A DNA stretch of 54,557 nucleotides. Source: Escherichia phage mEp044. The notes under the pieces were generated by a model. That model was not told the DNA's origin. It searched no databases and saw only the letters and a list, made by a program, of their open reading frames with translations. The stretch lies in sequence record PP180004; one strand, written 5' to 3'. The stretch's first letter is position 1. Every line of letters starts with the position of its first letter. Below are positions 25,932 through 35,729 of the stretch, piece after piece. The position numbers were made by a program, and so were the translations under genes.

Positions 25932-26389
25932 AGACGTTAATCATCGCCGCTGTTGTTTGCATTGTTGTTGGCCTTGTTGCCGCGCTCAGTCATTGCCAGT
26001 CAGTGATAAACACAATGCAAAGCGAGCTAACGACCACGCAAGGCGCACTGAAAACAGCAAGTAACACTATTCAGCAGATGAAGGAGCGAAACGCCGAACT
26101 GTCAAAACTTGATAAGAGGTATCACGATGAAATTAAAGCTATCAGATCTGACATTGCCGATCTGCGCACTGGCATTGATAGCGGCACTATCAGGCTGCGC
26201 GTCAACGCAATACCAGTGCGAGTGTCCGACCCCGCCGGAACCGCCAGCAGCATTGATGGAGCCTCCTGTAGACTCACTCCCGACGCTGAATCGGCTTATC
26301 TATCCCTCAGAGAACAACTAAAAGAGAAAGACGCGAAGATAACCGCGCTTCAGGGATACATCAAAACGCAGTGCTTACGCAAAGAATAA
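25919..26389 (+). CDS. Rz: i-spanin (Rz)
   Basis: 156 aa; N-terminal TM helix then coiled-coil periplasmic domain; position after endolysin. Confidence 0.75.
   Translation: MDKVKTLIIAAVVCIVVGLVAALSHCQSVINTMQSELTTTQGALKTASNTIQQMKERNAELSKLDKRYHDEIKAIRSDIADLRTGIDSGTIRLRVNAIPVRVSDPAGTASSIDGASCRLTPDAESAYLSLREQLKEKDAKITALQGYIKTQCLRKE
26127..26321 (+). CDS. Rz1: o-spanin (Rz1), lipoprotein embedded in Rz in the +1 frame
   Basis: ORF 26109-26321; lipobox LSGC and proline-rich mature part. Confidence 0.7.
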   Translation: MKLKLSDLTLPICALALIAALSGCASTQYQCECPTPPEPPAALMEPPVDSLPTLNRLIYPSENN

Positions 26390-26667
26390 CAGTGCGTTGA
26401 CGTGTCGCCGTTTCTGCCAGCCAGCCATAACCGGGCCAATCCTTCCCGCGAGCGACGGCGGAAATTCAAAAACACGTAATACCGGGTAAACAACCTCATT
26501 AACAGGTCCGGCGCTACCTGGGTAGAAGAAAGCGCCATCCACCAATTTTATAAAATTCTGTAAACGGTACTAACACAGCGCCGTTTTCAGTGTTTTATAG
26601 CTGTTTTCACTCCCTGCGGTGTCGAGTTTTGCGGGGGTTATATTTTTCAGGATAGAGGAATATTCTG

Positions 26668-27252
26668 ATGGCTAAGGCTAAAGGCATTAAGTTGCCTCAA
26701 TTCAAAGTCCCGCTCTTTGAGCATACAACCGTTTTCTTTTGCCCGACCCGCGAGATGTTCTATGAATTTTGCGAAAAGGCAGGGATCCCAATCGAACCTG
26801 ATTTCGAACTAGCAGGAGGATTAACACTTACTTGCACTGGTGAGAAAGGTGGTAACTTCTACGTGATCGCAGTATTCGACAATGAGTTGGGAACATTGGT
26901 ACATGAATGCGCTCACACCACATTCCATGTTTTAAGTGATGTAGGCGTCGTAGCGACAACTGATCCCAGCCATCCAGCAAATGAGACTTATGCTTACATG
27001 GTGGGCCGTATCTTTGACGCATTTTCCCCCATCCTGGCAGAATCAAATGAAGCACAGGTGGCAGCTATGCAGGCCGCTGAAGTCGTAGAGAAGGCATTAG
27101 AACAGGCAGAAAAGGCGACTGATGCAGCAGAACAGGCAGTTGAACAGGCAGATGAGCCGAAAGAAGAGAAAAAACCAGCTAAGAAAGGCAAACGTAAGCC
27201 GAAAGCAAAAGATGCGTATGTGCCGCGCGTGATGAGCTTTAAACGGGGGTGA
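26668..27252 (+). CDS. HExxH-motif protein (putative zinc metallopeptidase-like) with lysine-rich C-terminal tail
   Basis: 194 aa; LVHECAHTTFH motif; C-terminus KEEKKPAKKGKRKPKAK. Confidence 0.45.
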   Translation: MAKAKGIKLPQFKVPLFEHTTVFFCPTREMFYEFCEKAGIPIEPDFELAGGLTLTCTGEKGGNFYVIAVFDNELGTLVHECAHTTFHVLSDVGVVATTDPSHPANETYAYMVGRIFDAFSPILAESNEAQVAAMQAAEVVEKALEQAEKATDAAEQAVEQADEPKEEKKPAKKGKRKPKAKDAYVPRVMSFKRG

Positions 27253-27254
27253 TT

Positions 27255-27323
27255 ATGCTTACTTTTCTGTTAGGTTTATTTATCGGAATGGTTATCGCTG
27301 TAGCATTTCTATTATGGGAATAA
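27255..27323 (+). CDS. tiny hydrophobic peptide 1 (22 aa, MLTFLLGLFIGMVIAVAFLLWE)
   Basis: manual translation; GGGGTGA 5 nt upstream. Confidence 0.35.
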   Translation: MLTFLLGLFIGMVIAVAFLLWE

Positions 27324-27327
27324 TGTT

Positions 27328-27423
27328 ATGGACTCTTATGTCATAGCAGGATTGATCGGCGTTTCTGTATTTCTGGTGAGTTTTGTTATCGCCGTACTGA
27401 TAACCGTAAAGAGCAAGTATTAG
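27328..27423 (+). CDS. tiny hydrophobic peptide 2 (31 aa, MDSYVIAGLIGVSVFLVSFVIAVLITVKSKY)
   Basis: manual translation. Confidence 0.35.
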   Translation: MDSYVIAGLIGVSVFLVSFVIAVLITVKSKY

Positions 27424-27436
27424 ATGGGGTGGCAAG

Positions 27437-27511
27437 ATGATTGACCCGCTCATTATCCTTTCTGCCTGCGTCGCTGTATGGCTGGCGATCATGATATTCA
27501 TTGAAAGCTAA
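27437..27511 (+). CDS. tiny hydrophobic peptide 3 (24 aa, MIDPLIILSACVAVWLAIMIFIES)
   Basis: manual translation; GGGGTGG upstream. Confidence 0.35.
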   Translation: MIDPLIILSACVAVWLAIMIFIES

Positions 27512-27522
27512 AGGTTCTCATC

Positions 27523-27597
27523 ATGAATATTTACGATCTAATCTGGTGGTCGTTGGTCGCCGTCATTATCTATTTCTGGTGGAAGAATGTTGTATAG
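27523..27597 (+). CDS. tiny hydrophobic peptide 4 (24 aa, MNIYDLIWWSLVAVIIYFWWKNVV)
   Basis: manual translation. Confidence 0.35.
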   Translation: MNIYDLIWWSLVAVIIYFWWKNVV

Positions 27598-27604
27598 GTG
27601 AAGC

Positions 27605-27685
27605 ATGAACGCATACGAAATGCTATTACTGGTGGCTGTAGTTGTAGTCATTGCCGTTGATTTCTATCGAGGGTTTAAAAGATGA
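27605..27685 (+). CDS. tiny hydrophobic peptide 5 (26 aa, MNAYEMLLLVAVVVVIAVDFYRGFKR)
   Basis: manual translation; AGGTGA upstream. Confidence 0.35.
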   Translation: MNAYEMLLLVAVVVVIAVDFYRGFKR

Positions 27686-27753
27686 GAGAAGCAGACTTCT
27701 TTTGCATGATTATAGTGATCGTTATCGTTGCGGTGCTTTTAAGCGTTAACTGA
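27682..27753 (+). CDS. tiny hydrophobic peptide 6 (23 aa, MREADFFCMIIVIVIVAVLLSVN)
   Basis: manual translation; ATGA overlap with peptide 5. Confidence 0.3.
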   Translation: MREADFFCMIIVIVIVAVLLSVN

Positions 27754-27771
27754 ATCGCAGGGGGTTAAAAA

Positions 27772-27840
27772 ATGAAATGGCTTGATTTCTTTTTCCTGAT
27801 TGTTGCGATTGTTCTAACCATGACCGCGCTTGCTCAATAG
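27772..27840 (+). CDS. tiny hydrophobic peptide 7 (22 aa, MKWLDFFFLIVAIVLTMTALAQ)
   Basis: manual translation; AGGGGG upstream. Confidence 0.35.
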   Translation: MKWLDFFFLIVAIVLTMTALAQ

Positions 27841-27899
27841 GTTATGGCTTGGACGCGCATTTTATGCGCTTCCTAAATTAAGTAAGTCAAATAAAGTGG

Positions 27900-27992
27900 A
27901 TGGTAACAGTGAAAGAGCTATTCGACTGGTTGGAAGTATTAACATACTGCGCAAGTTTTGTAGCTTGCGTATACATCATCAATAAATATTGA
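27900..27992 (+). CDS. tiny hydrophobic peptide 8 (30 aa, MVTVKELFDWLEVLTYCASFVACVYIINKY)
   Basis: manual translation. Confidence 0.3.
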   Translation: MVTVKELFDWLEVLTYCASFVACVYIINKY

Positions 27993-28002
27993 GAGGTGAA
28001 AT

Positions 28003-28488
28003 ATGGCCCGCACTAAAAAGGCAAAGGCTGACGATAAAAAGCCAGCAGCCAAAAAGACGGGCCGTCCGCATGGTTATACCGAAGAAAAGGCATTAGAAAT
28101 CTGTGAGCTGGTGGCGGACGGTCAAAGCATTAACAAAATATCGAAGATGCCTGATATGCCTGCGCGTTCAACAATCCTTAAATGGTTCAGAGACGTGCCA
28201 GAGTTCTCGGACATGTACATGCGCGCGAAGGAGATCGGTTTTGAGGTATTGGCTGATGAGATAATAGATATAGCAGATGCAGCGGAGAACATTGATAAAG
28301 ACGAATGCCGCCGCCATCAATTGATGATTGAAACCCGTAAATGGCTACTAGCAAAACTGCAACCGCGTAAATATGGTGAACGCGTCACACAGGAGATCGT
28401 CGGTAACAAGGAAGAAGCACCCGTCAGGGTAGAAGTCACAAAAGAAGAGATCGCCCGCATCGTCCAGGAAGTAGAAGACGAGGTGTGA
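28003..28488 (+). CDS. terminase small subunit
   Basis: 161 aa; lysine-rich N-terminus, HTH region, immediately upstream of the large subunit. Confidence 0.7.
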   Translation: MARTKKAKADDKKPAAKKTGRPHGYTEEKALEICELVADGQSINKISKMPDMPARSTILKWFRDVPEFSDMYMRAKEIGFEVLADEIIDIADAAENIDKDECRRHQLMIETRKWLLAKLQPRKYGERVTQEIVGNKEEAPVRVEVTKEEIARIVQEVEDEV

Positions 28489-29969
28489 TTATGTTGACAA
28501 TCAGAGAACGAGTTATTCAGTCCAAATGTGAAAACGATGGCCTGTTTTTCAATCGCTACTTCTATAAGCAAGCGAACGGAACGAAGATGTTAATATCAGG
28601 CCATCATTTAGCTATCCGTGATGCACTGCAACGCGTTATTAATGGTGAGATAACCCGCCTCATCATTAACATTCCCCCAGGGTACGGCAAAACTATGATC
28701 GCGACTATCAACATGATGGCGCGGTCCCTCGCAATAAACCCCCGCACAAGATTCCTTCACGTTTCCTATTCCAACAACCTGGCATTACTCAATTCCTCGA
28801 CTGTAAGAAACATGATCTGTACGCCTGAATATCAGGCAATGTGGCCCATGAAGATCCGCAATGATGCCAACAGTAAATCTATGTGGTGGACCGAATACGG
28901 TGGCGGCGTGTATGCAACGTCATCGCTTGGCCAGGTGACAGGGTTTAGGGCAGGTTACATGGAGCCGGGATTTAACGGCGCGTTAATCATCGACGACCCA
29001 TTAAAACCCGCTGACGCTTACTCTGACGTGGTGAGAAAGCAGGTAAACACAAACTATAACGACACACTTGCTTCACGTCTGGCAGTGCAAACAACGCCTG
29101 TTATCGTCATCATGCAGCGCATCCACTACGATGATTTGTCCGGCTACCTGTTACGCGGCGGCAGTGGCGAAAAGTGGTATCACCTTAACCTGCCAGTGAA
29201 GATCGATAATAGCGTTGACTATTGGGATCTGTACCCTGAAAACGAGTTCGCAATCCCTATTGCTCACAACCTGCCAGACGGCTGGCTGTGGCCCAGGAAA
29301 CACAATGACGATCATGAAGCTGGACTGAAAGCACACAGGCGGTCATTCGAGGCCCAGTACATGCAGCGCCCGCGTAAATTCGACGAAGAGGGTGCATTGT
29401 GGACTGAAGCCATGATAACCGCTGCGCACCGGATGCAGATAACGCAGGACAAGATCCGCACGGTGATAGCCATCGACCCGGCGACAACATCATCTGATGA
29501 GTCGGACGAAACCGGGATCGTGGCATGTTCCGCCTATGGTGGCGGCAAGAATGCTCAGTATTCTGTTGATGGTGACTATTCAGGCCGCATGTCACCTAAC
29601 GACTGGGCGCAGGCATCAATGAACGCATACAACATCCATGAAGCTGACGCGATAGTTATCGAAACAAACCAGGGCGGCGAAATGGCAGAGGCCACGCTAC
29701 GCAATGCCGGATTTAAAGGCCGCATTGTTAAGGTGCACGCAAGCAAAGGTAAGTTCGCCCGCGCTGAACCAATATCTGCATTGTATGCACAAGGAAGGGT
29801 GGCCCACACTGGTGAGCTGTACACGCTGGAAAATCAAATGATGGAATACGTGCCAGCCACCGCCAAAAAATCACCTGACCGTATGGACGCTATGGTATGG
29901 GGTATCACTGAATTAAGCCAACCACAGGCTATGGGCCTCATGTTACCAAAGCGCCTGCGCGGATTTTAA
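28485..29969 (+). CDS. terminase large subunit
   Basis: 494 aa; Walker-A-like PPGYGKT; C-terminal nuclease region with acidic motifs. Confidence 0.85.
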   Translation: MIMLTIRERVIQSKCENDGLFFNRYFYKQANGTKMLISGHHLAIRDALQRVINGEITRLIINIPPGYGKTMIATINMMARSLAINPRTRFLHVSYSNNLALLNSSTVRNMICTPEYQAMWPMKIRNDANSKSMWWTEYGGGVYATSSLGQVTGFRAGYMEPGFNGALIIDDPLKPADAYSDVVRKQVNTNYNDTLASRLAVQTTPVIVIMQRIHYDDLSGYLLRGGSGEKWYHLNLPVKIDNSVDYWDLYPENEFAIPIAHNLPDGWLWPRKHNDDHEAGLKAHRRSFEAQYMQRPRKFDEEGALWTEAMITAAHRMQITQDKIRTVIAIDPATTSSDESDETGIVACSAYGGGKNAQYSVDGDYSGRMSPNDWAQASMNAYNIHEADAIVIETNQGGEMAEATLRNAGFKGRIVKVHASKGKFARAEPISALYAQGRVAHTGELYTLENQMMEYVPATAKKSPDRMDAMVWGITELSQPQAMGLMLPKRLRGF

Positions 29970-30047
29970 AATCTGACTCACAATCACCCGCAAGTTTTTC
30001 TATTTTTCGCGTAGCAACGCGTAAACATGTATTCAGGAGTAAACATT

Positions 30048-31418
30048 ATGCCATCCAATTTAGAATTGGCGGTTAATGCTGCCTTGTCACAACGCCAGGC
30101 GGCCTATGCACGCTATGCAGCAGCGCACCCATTCACTATGGGGATAGATGCCAAACGTGATGCCGCGTGGAGTGAATACGGATTCAAGGAAGAGATCACG
30201 TACGACGATCTATACAAACTGTACAGACGCGGTGGTATCGCTCATGGTGCTGTAGAGAAGATTGTTACCACTTGCTGGAGAACCATACCAACGCTAATCG
30301 AAGGGACAGAAGACGAGAAAGCAGAAAAGGAAACACCCTGGGAAAGAGAAATAAAGAAACAATTTGATAACAGATTTTGGCGCGTTATTGCCGAATGTGA
30401 TCGCCGCCGCCTCATTGGTCGTTATGCCGGCCTGTTGATTCATGTCAGAGATAACCAGCCGTGGGAAAAGCCAGTCACAAAAGGCGTAGGTATTGCCAAA
30501 TTTACCCCGGTATGGGCTGGTGCTCTTACGCCGAAGGAGTTCGAAGAAGACCCAAACAGTGAAAACTATGGCCTGCCGACATGGTGGGAATACAAAGAAC
30601 GCATTAACAGCAAGACCATTGCCAGAAGAATCCACCCTGATCGAATATTCATATTTGGTGACTATTCTGATGATGCTATCGCTTTCCTTGAGCCGTCCTA
30701 TAACGCCTTTGTGTCACTGGAGAAAGTGGAAGGGGGTAGCGGTGAATCATTCCTGAAAAACGCTGCCCGTCAGCTTGCTATCTCATTCGATAAAGAGATC
30801 GACTTCCGGTCACTGGCAGCCACATACGGATGCGACGTCACAGAGCTGCGCGAAAAATTCAACGAGGCAGCGGCTGAAATGAATAAGGGTAATGACGTGA
30901 TGATGGCATTACAAGGGGCAACAGTTAGCCCGCTGGTGACTGCCGTATCTGACCCGTCAGCAACCTATGACGTCAACCTGCAAACCGCCGCCGCTGGTAT
31001 TGATATTCCAACCCGCATCCTGGTAGGGAACCAGCAGGGGGAACGCGCATCAACCGAAGACCTCCGCTACTTCAACAGCCGATGCATGACCCGCAGGGAG
31101 GAAATTGGGGGTGAGCTTGAAGATCTGTTTAGCAAGATGGCAGCGCTACGCCTTATCAGTATGCCAGTAGACGTATCAGTGATATGGGACGACCTGAACG
31201 CTATGACCAAAGCCGAACTACTGGAGGCGGCATACAAAATGGCACAAATCAATCAGGCTTGTCTGGCTACTGGTGAAGAAATATTTAGCGGTGACGAGAT
31301 CCGCGAGGCTGCCGGATACGATGGCCCAGCCAGTGAAGTAGAAACGGAAGAGGAGGACGATGATGAGGGTGAAGAAGATAATCAGGCGAATACCTCCAGC
31401 CGCGATAATGCCACCTAA
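30048..31418 (+). CDS. portal protein
   Basis: ORF 30027-31418 with start at ATG 30048 after CAGGAG; size, position after terminase, acidic C-terminal tail. Confidence 0.75.
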   Translation: MPSNLELAVNAALSQRQAAYARYAAAHPFTMGIDAKRDAAWSEYGFKEEITYDDLYKLYRRGGIAHGAVEKIVTTCWRTIPTLIEGTEDEKAEKETPWEREIKKQFDNRFWRVIAECDRRRLIGRYAGLLIHVRDNQPWEKPVTKGVGIAKFTPVWAGALTPKEFEEDPNSENYGLPTWWEYKERINSKTIARRIHPDRIFIFGDYSDDAIAFLEPSYNAFVSLEKVEGGSGESFLKNAARQLAISFDKEIDFRSLAATYGCDVTELREKFNEAAAEMNKGNDVMMALQGATVSPLVTAVSDPSATYDVNLQTAAAGIDIPTRILVGNQQGERASTEDLRYFNSRCMTRREEIGGELEDLFSKMAALRLISMPVDVSVIWDDLNAMTKAELLEAAYKMAQINQACLATGEEIFSGDEIREAAGYDGPASEVETEEEDDDEGEEDNQANTSSRDNAT

Positions 31419-32304
31419 CACCGAAGACCCTACCATGACAGGGAAGTTAAGGTCTGGTGCTATCAAGCGTTTTAAAGCCTGCCTGAAGAAAGTAGCCGAT
31501 CCATATATCGCCATACTGGACAGAATACAATACAGCCTGGCTGTTAATAAGAAATACACTTTCCAGATCTACATTGACGAATTACATGACTTGCTGGAAG
31601 ACGCCAGCGACATGATTGATGAGATATTCGAGTTAACAGACCCGGAAAACTTCTGGTTCTGGCAGGAATACGTGAAGGTGGCATATCAACGCGGCACTTC
31701 ACAGGAATACGCAAACCTGGCTAATCAGTCAGTCACATATTCCAGGGCTTATCCTGAAGTGTCGGCTGTATTAACCAGCCAGACCTATCGCACGCGCCTT
31801 GCTCTGGTCCGTACCCGCGTATTTGAAGAGATGCGCGGGCTGACTGCACAGATCAAGAAGGATATGGCCCGCCGATTAACCGAAGGCATGGCCCGTGGCC
31901 TAAACCCACTTGAAATAGCGCGCACATTGCAGCAGGAAACGCAATTACCGCTATACAGGTGCAAACGTATTGCCCGCACTGAAATATGCACAGCGTTACG
32001 CACAGCGCGTATGGATGAGGCAGAAGCGGCGACGGAAGAGCTTAACTTGCGCACTATGCAAATGCACATTTCAGCATTGTCACCGACTACCAGGCTATCA
32101 CACGCACAGCGACACGGGAAAACATACACCATAGAAGAGCAGCGCGAATGGTGGAGCAGATCCCCTAATTCAATTAACTGCAAATGTAGCACTATTACCG
32201 TGATGGTTGATGAGTCTGGTAATATATTAAACAAACGAATATTAGATCGGGCGCAAGAAAACTATAAGGTTGCGCACGCTAAATATGGCGAAGATTGGGA
32301 GTAA
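31408..32304 (+). CDS. head morphogenesis protein (Mu F / SPP1 gp7-like), start uncertain
   Basis: ORF 31360-32304; position after portal. Confidence 0.5.
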   Translation: MPPNTEDPTMTGKLRSGAIKRFKACLKKVADPYIAILDRIQYSLAVNKKYTFQIYIDELHDLLEDASDMIDEIFELTDPENFWFWQEYVKVAYQRGTSQEYANLANQSVTYSRAYPEVSAVLTSQTYRTRLALVRTRVFEEMRGLTAQIKKDMARRLTEGMARGLNPLEIARTLQQETQLPLYRCKRIARTEICTALRTARMDEAEAATEELNLRTMQMHISALSPTTRLSHAQRHGKTYTIEEQREWWSRSPNSINCKCSTITVMVDESGNILNKRILDRAQENYKVAHAKYGEDWE

Positions 32305-33578
32305 AAACCGTGAATAAAGAACTGATTCAGGTTAATACCAAATTAACCGCTAATACCATACGCCGGGAAACGTATAACGGGCGTGAGCACATTGTAGTCC
32401 CGTCGTATACGTTGCCCTTCAATATCGTTATGAATCGGGAATATTACCCGGAAGCTGAAATCATTGCTAATTATCAATCTCTGGAAGGTACGCTCGCACC
32501 GCTGGGCCATCCTACGGTTGACGGCGAATTTGTTTCCGCATTTAGCCCGGAAGGACTAAATATTGGCTTTTGTGGTGCATGGAACAGAAATGTTGAATTG
32601 CGCGGGAACCGTGTTTATGTGGAAAAGTGGGTGGATGTTGAAACCGCCAGCCATTCAGAACAGGGCCGCGAATTATTAAGCCGACTGGAAGCACTGGAAA
32701 AAGGCGAAAGCAAGGATCCGATCTGGTCATCCGTAGCCGTATATCGTCAGCGTATGCCAGCTACCGAAGAAATGAAAGCCCAGGGTGCTGACAGCGTTGT
32801 CAAAATTATGTCGATTGACCATGACGCTATCTTATTGCATGAACCGCCAGCTGCATCGCCAGAACAGGGCGTTGGCCTGATGGTTAACACTGACCAGGCC
32901 AAGCCGTTAATGGCGTTGGCAATGAAAGAAAACAGCTATCGCACGCTTGAAAGACAATTGGAAGAAGCTGCGCGTGAACTGTTCCCCGATGCAGATTATG
33001 TCTATGTGGTGGACTTCACTGATAAAGAAGTAACGATTGCCACTAATACCGAAAGTGCTCAAGTTTGCACATATGAAAAACAGGCTGATAAAATTATTCT
33101 CAATAATGGCGAGCTTGCAACCAATGAGGAAAGTAAATCCTGGTTCGCTCAGTTCGCTGAACACTTATCTAATCTTTTCTCCCTGAATGAAAAAATTAAG
33201 GCCAATAAATCGGAGGACGATCCCATGCCTTTGACCAAAGAAGAACGCGCCGAACTGGTAAAAGAAATTAACGAAGGTTTATCCGCTAATATCGCCAGTG
33301 CAGTAGCTGAAGCACTTAAACCAGTACAGGCAAGCGTAGAAGAATTACAGACCAATCAGAAAGCGATTAAAGAAGAGATCGCAGCAAACGCAGATAAAGA
33401 AGTAGCAGAAAAACGCGCCGCAGTAGCAAAAGTGCACGGCGAAATTGTTGCTAACGCTTTAAGTGGTGAAGCGTTAGAAGCAATGTTTAAATCCCTGGGC
33501 AAAGCCGCGCCGATGGCAACCAACGCAGCAAGCGAAGGTAAAAAAGGCGAAGTACCAGACTTTAACACTTATTTCTAA
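32295..33578 (+). CDS. putative scaffolding protein; TTG or GTG start
   Basis: 427 aa; Ala/Glu-rich helical C-terminal half; precedes the capsid genes. Confidence 0.45.
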   Translation: MGVKTVNKELIQVNTKLTANTIRRETYNGREHIVVPSYTLPFNIVMNREYYPEAEIIANYQSLEGTLAPLGHPTVDGEFVSAFSPEGLNIGFCGAWNRNVELRGNRVYVEKWVDVETASHSEQGRELLSRLEALEKGESKDPIWSSVAVYRQRMPATEEMKAQGADSVVKIMSIDHDAILLHEPPAASPEQGVGLMVNTDQAKPLMALAMKENSYRTLERQLEEAARELFPDADYVYVVDFTDKEVTIATNTESAQVCTYEKQADKIILNNGELATNEESKSWFAQFAEHLSNLFSLNEKIKANKSEDDPMPLTKEERAELVKEINEGLSANIASAVAEALKPVQASVEELQTNQKAIKEEIAANADKEVAEKRAAVAKVHGEIVANALSGEALEAMFKSLGKAAPMATNAASEGKKGEVPDFNTYF

Positions 33579-33594
33579 TTAAAAGGTGATCACA

Positions 33595-34017
33595 ATGTTT
33601 CGTTTTCGTCGTGTAAATATTGATGGCAAATCCGTCACAGAAACCCGCCTCGCTGGTGCTGAATTAAAACCGGGTGAACTGGTTAAACTGGAAGGCGGTA
33701 AATTTGTTAAAGCGGCCCCTGCTGATGTTGGCAAGGGACAGTTGTATATCGTTAACCCGGCATTCCATGAAGGTAAAACCATTGCTGATGCAATCGCTGC
33801 AAATGAAACCGTTGTAGCCGATTATGTGGAACAGGGGCGTGAGTTTGCTATCCGTGTTCCTAATGCCACTTATGCTAAAGGCGCAGCCCTTGCCCTTGCG
33901 GCAGATGGCGTTAAATTGTCTTCTGCTGTGGAAGGCGGATCAGCACCAATCATTGCGTACTGCCAGGAAGACGTAACCCTGGAAGCGGAAGACTTTATCC
34001 GCGTTCGCGTCGCTTAA
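33595..34017 (+). CDS. putative head decoration/structural protein
   Basis: ORF 33586-34017 trimmed to ATG 33595 after AAAAGGTGA; lies between scaffold and capsid genes. Confidence 0.4.
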   Translation: MFRFRRVNIDGKSVTETRLAGAELKPGELVKLEGGKFVKAAPADVGKGQLYIVNPAFHEGKTIADAIAANETVVADYVEQGREFAIRVPNATYAKGAALALAADGVKLSSAVEGGSAPIIAYCQEDVTLEAEDFIRVRVA

Positions 34018-34035
34018 TTTAAAAGGGGAAAAAAC

Positions 34036-35088
34036 ATGTACTTTACAAAAGAAAACCTTGCTACCAACGCCCGTATGCAGGGCCATTGGGCCGAACTGTG
34101 GGCGCAACGCAATATCTTCAACGCTCAGCATGACGCCATGATTGCAGCAAATAAAGCAAACATGACTTCTGAAATGTTGGCCTGCAACGCTGTTGGTGGC
34201 TTCGCAAAAGAGTTCTGGAAAGAAATTGATAACCAGATCATCGAACTGAACACCGAGGAAATCGGTATTGAAATCGTCAACGACCTGATGGGTGTGCAAA
34301 CCGTACTGCCTATCGGTAAAACACTGAAAATGTACAGCGTATCCGGCGACATCAACGATGAAGTCGTAATGTCTATGGACGGTCAGGCGCCACACGGCTT
34401 TGATCACACCGAATACGGCAGCGATGGCGACCCGATCCCGATGTTCGCCGCTGGTTACGGTGTTAACTGGCGTTTAGCTCAGGGCTTAAATACTGTAGGC
34501 ATTGACCTCGCCCTGGACAGCCAGCGCCTGAAACTGAAAAAATTCAACAAAGCCCGCGTTAACTTCTATCTGAACGGTAACGAAAACATCAAGGTTGATG
34601 GTCATAAAGCTATGGGTATTAAAAACCACAAAAACACCCAACAACTGACCCTGACCACTGACCTGACCACTGCACAATTTGACGCACTGATCGACTTCTT
34701 CACCATTGGTGAATTCGGTGTTATGGCCCGCAATAACTTCGTTGCAAGATATGATGTTATGTGGGTATCACCTGAAATCATGGCTAACCTGGCACGCCCG
34801 CACATCGTTAACAGTGCTGTAGTTGGCAGCGTGCTCAATACGGTTATGCCGTTCGCCCCGGTTGGTGAAATCCGCCAGACCTTTGCACTGAAAGGCAACG
34901 AAATTATTGCTTATCAGCGCCGTCGTGATGTTATCAGCCCGCTGATCGGTATGACTACTGGCGTAGTACCTGTACCGCGCACCATGCCTACCGATAACTA
35001 CAATTTCAAAATCATGTCTGCCGAAGGTTTACAAATCACCTGCGACATGCTGGGCCGTTCTGGCGTCGTTTACGGCAAAAATTCTTAA
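34036..35088 (+). CDS. major capsid protein
   Basis: 350 aa; strong RBS; followed by a strong terminator. Confidence 0.7.
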   Translation: MYFTKENLATNARMQGHWAELWAQRNIFNAQHDAMIAANKANMTSEMLACNAVGGFAKEFWKEIDNQIIELNTEEIGIEIVNDLMGVQTVLPIGKTLKMYSVSGDINDEVVMSMDGQAPHGFDHTEYGSDGDPIPMFAAGYGVNWRLAQGLNTVGIDLALDSQRLKLKKFNKARVNFYLNGNENIKVDGHKAMGIKNHKNTQQLTLTTDLTTAQFDALIDFFTIGEFGVMARNNFVARYDVMWVSPEIMANLARPHIVNSAVVGSVLNTVMPFAPVGEIRQTFALKGNEIIAYQRRRDVISPLIGMTTGVVPVPRTMPTDNYNFKIMSAEGLQITCDMLGRSGVVYGKNS

Positions 35089-35108
35089 TTAGAACGTTTC
35101 CTGTAACT

Positions 35109-35137
35109 CCCCGGCGCAATGCCGGGGATTTTTTTTG
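35109..35137 (+). terminator. rho-independent terminator after the capsid gene
   Basis: hairpin ccccggc-gcaat-gccgggg followed by T8. Confidence 0.7.
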
Positions 35138-35154
35138 TATGTGGAGAAGACAAA

Positions 35155-35541
35155 ATGGTCACTACAGAACAGGCGCGGGAATATCTTGAAAGCCAGGGTA
35201 TTGACCTGCCAGACGTTATCTTATCTTTGCTGGTGGAGCAGGCAAATAGCGTTAATGAATGCCTTGATGCTAACTATCCGGCCTCCACTGCAACATTAAT
35301 TCAACTTTATCTGATTGGCCTGTTAGGACTTACCCAGGCTAACAAATACGTTTCCTCGCATACTGGCACGAACGGCGCAAGCCAGTCGTATCGCTATGTT
35401 GATTTTAATAAGAAATGGAAGGCAGCCTATTCGTTGCTTTACTCACTTGACAAACACCATTGCACAACAGAACTGATTCCACCAGATCCAGAAAACACCG
35501 CGCACGCAGGGCTGTGGATAGGTAAAAGCGGGAGGATGTAA
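35155..35541 (+). CDS. head-tail connector/adaptor candidate
   Basis: ORF 35119-35541 trimmed to ATG 35155; position. Confidence 0.4.
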   Translation: MVTTEQAREYLESQGIDLPDVILSLLVEQANSVNECLDANYPASTATLIQLYLIGLLGLTQANKYVSSHTGTNGASQSYRYVDFNKKWKAAYSLLYSLDKHHCTTELIPPDPENTAHAGLWIGKSGRM

Positions 35542-35543
35542 CA

Positions 35544-35729
35544 ATGTGGAATGACCTGACATTACCGGATCCGCTATTACCAAAACTGTTTACCCGTGTA
35601 TGGGTGAAGACAGACACCGGGCGACAGGTGGCGGCATATCTTAATGACGCTGGCGAATGGGTGATTCTTTGCCCGCGCGTGGCGGAAACTCATCCGAAAA
35701 TCATCAAATGGAGCAACGGCTATGAGTAA
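35544..35729 (+). CDS. hypothetical structural-module protein
   Basis: 61-aa ORF. Confidence 0.35.
   Translation: MWNDLTLPDPLLPKLFTRVWVKTDTGRQVAAYLNDAGEWVILCPRVAETHPKIIKWSNGYE

Noticed and set aside
26350-26538. 62-aa minus-strand ORF after Rz
   Set aside because: No ribosome-binding site and it lies in the intergenic gap of the late operon; more likely non-coding.
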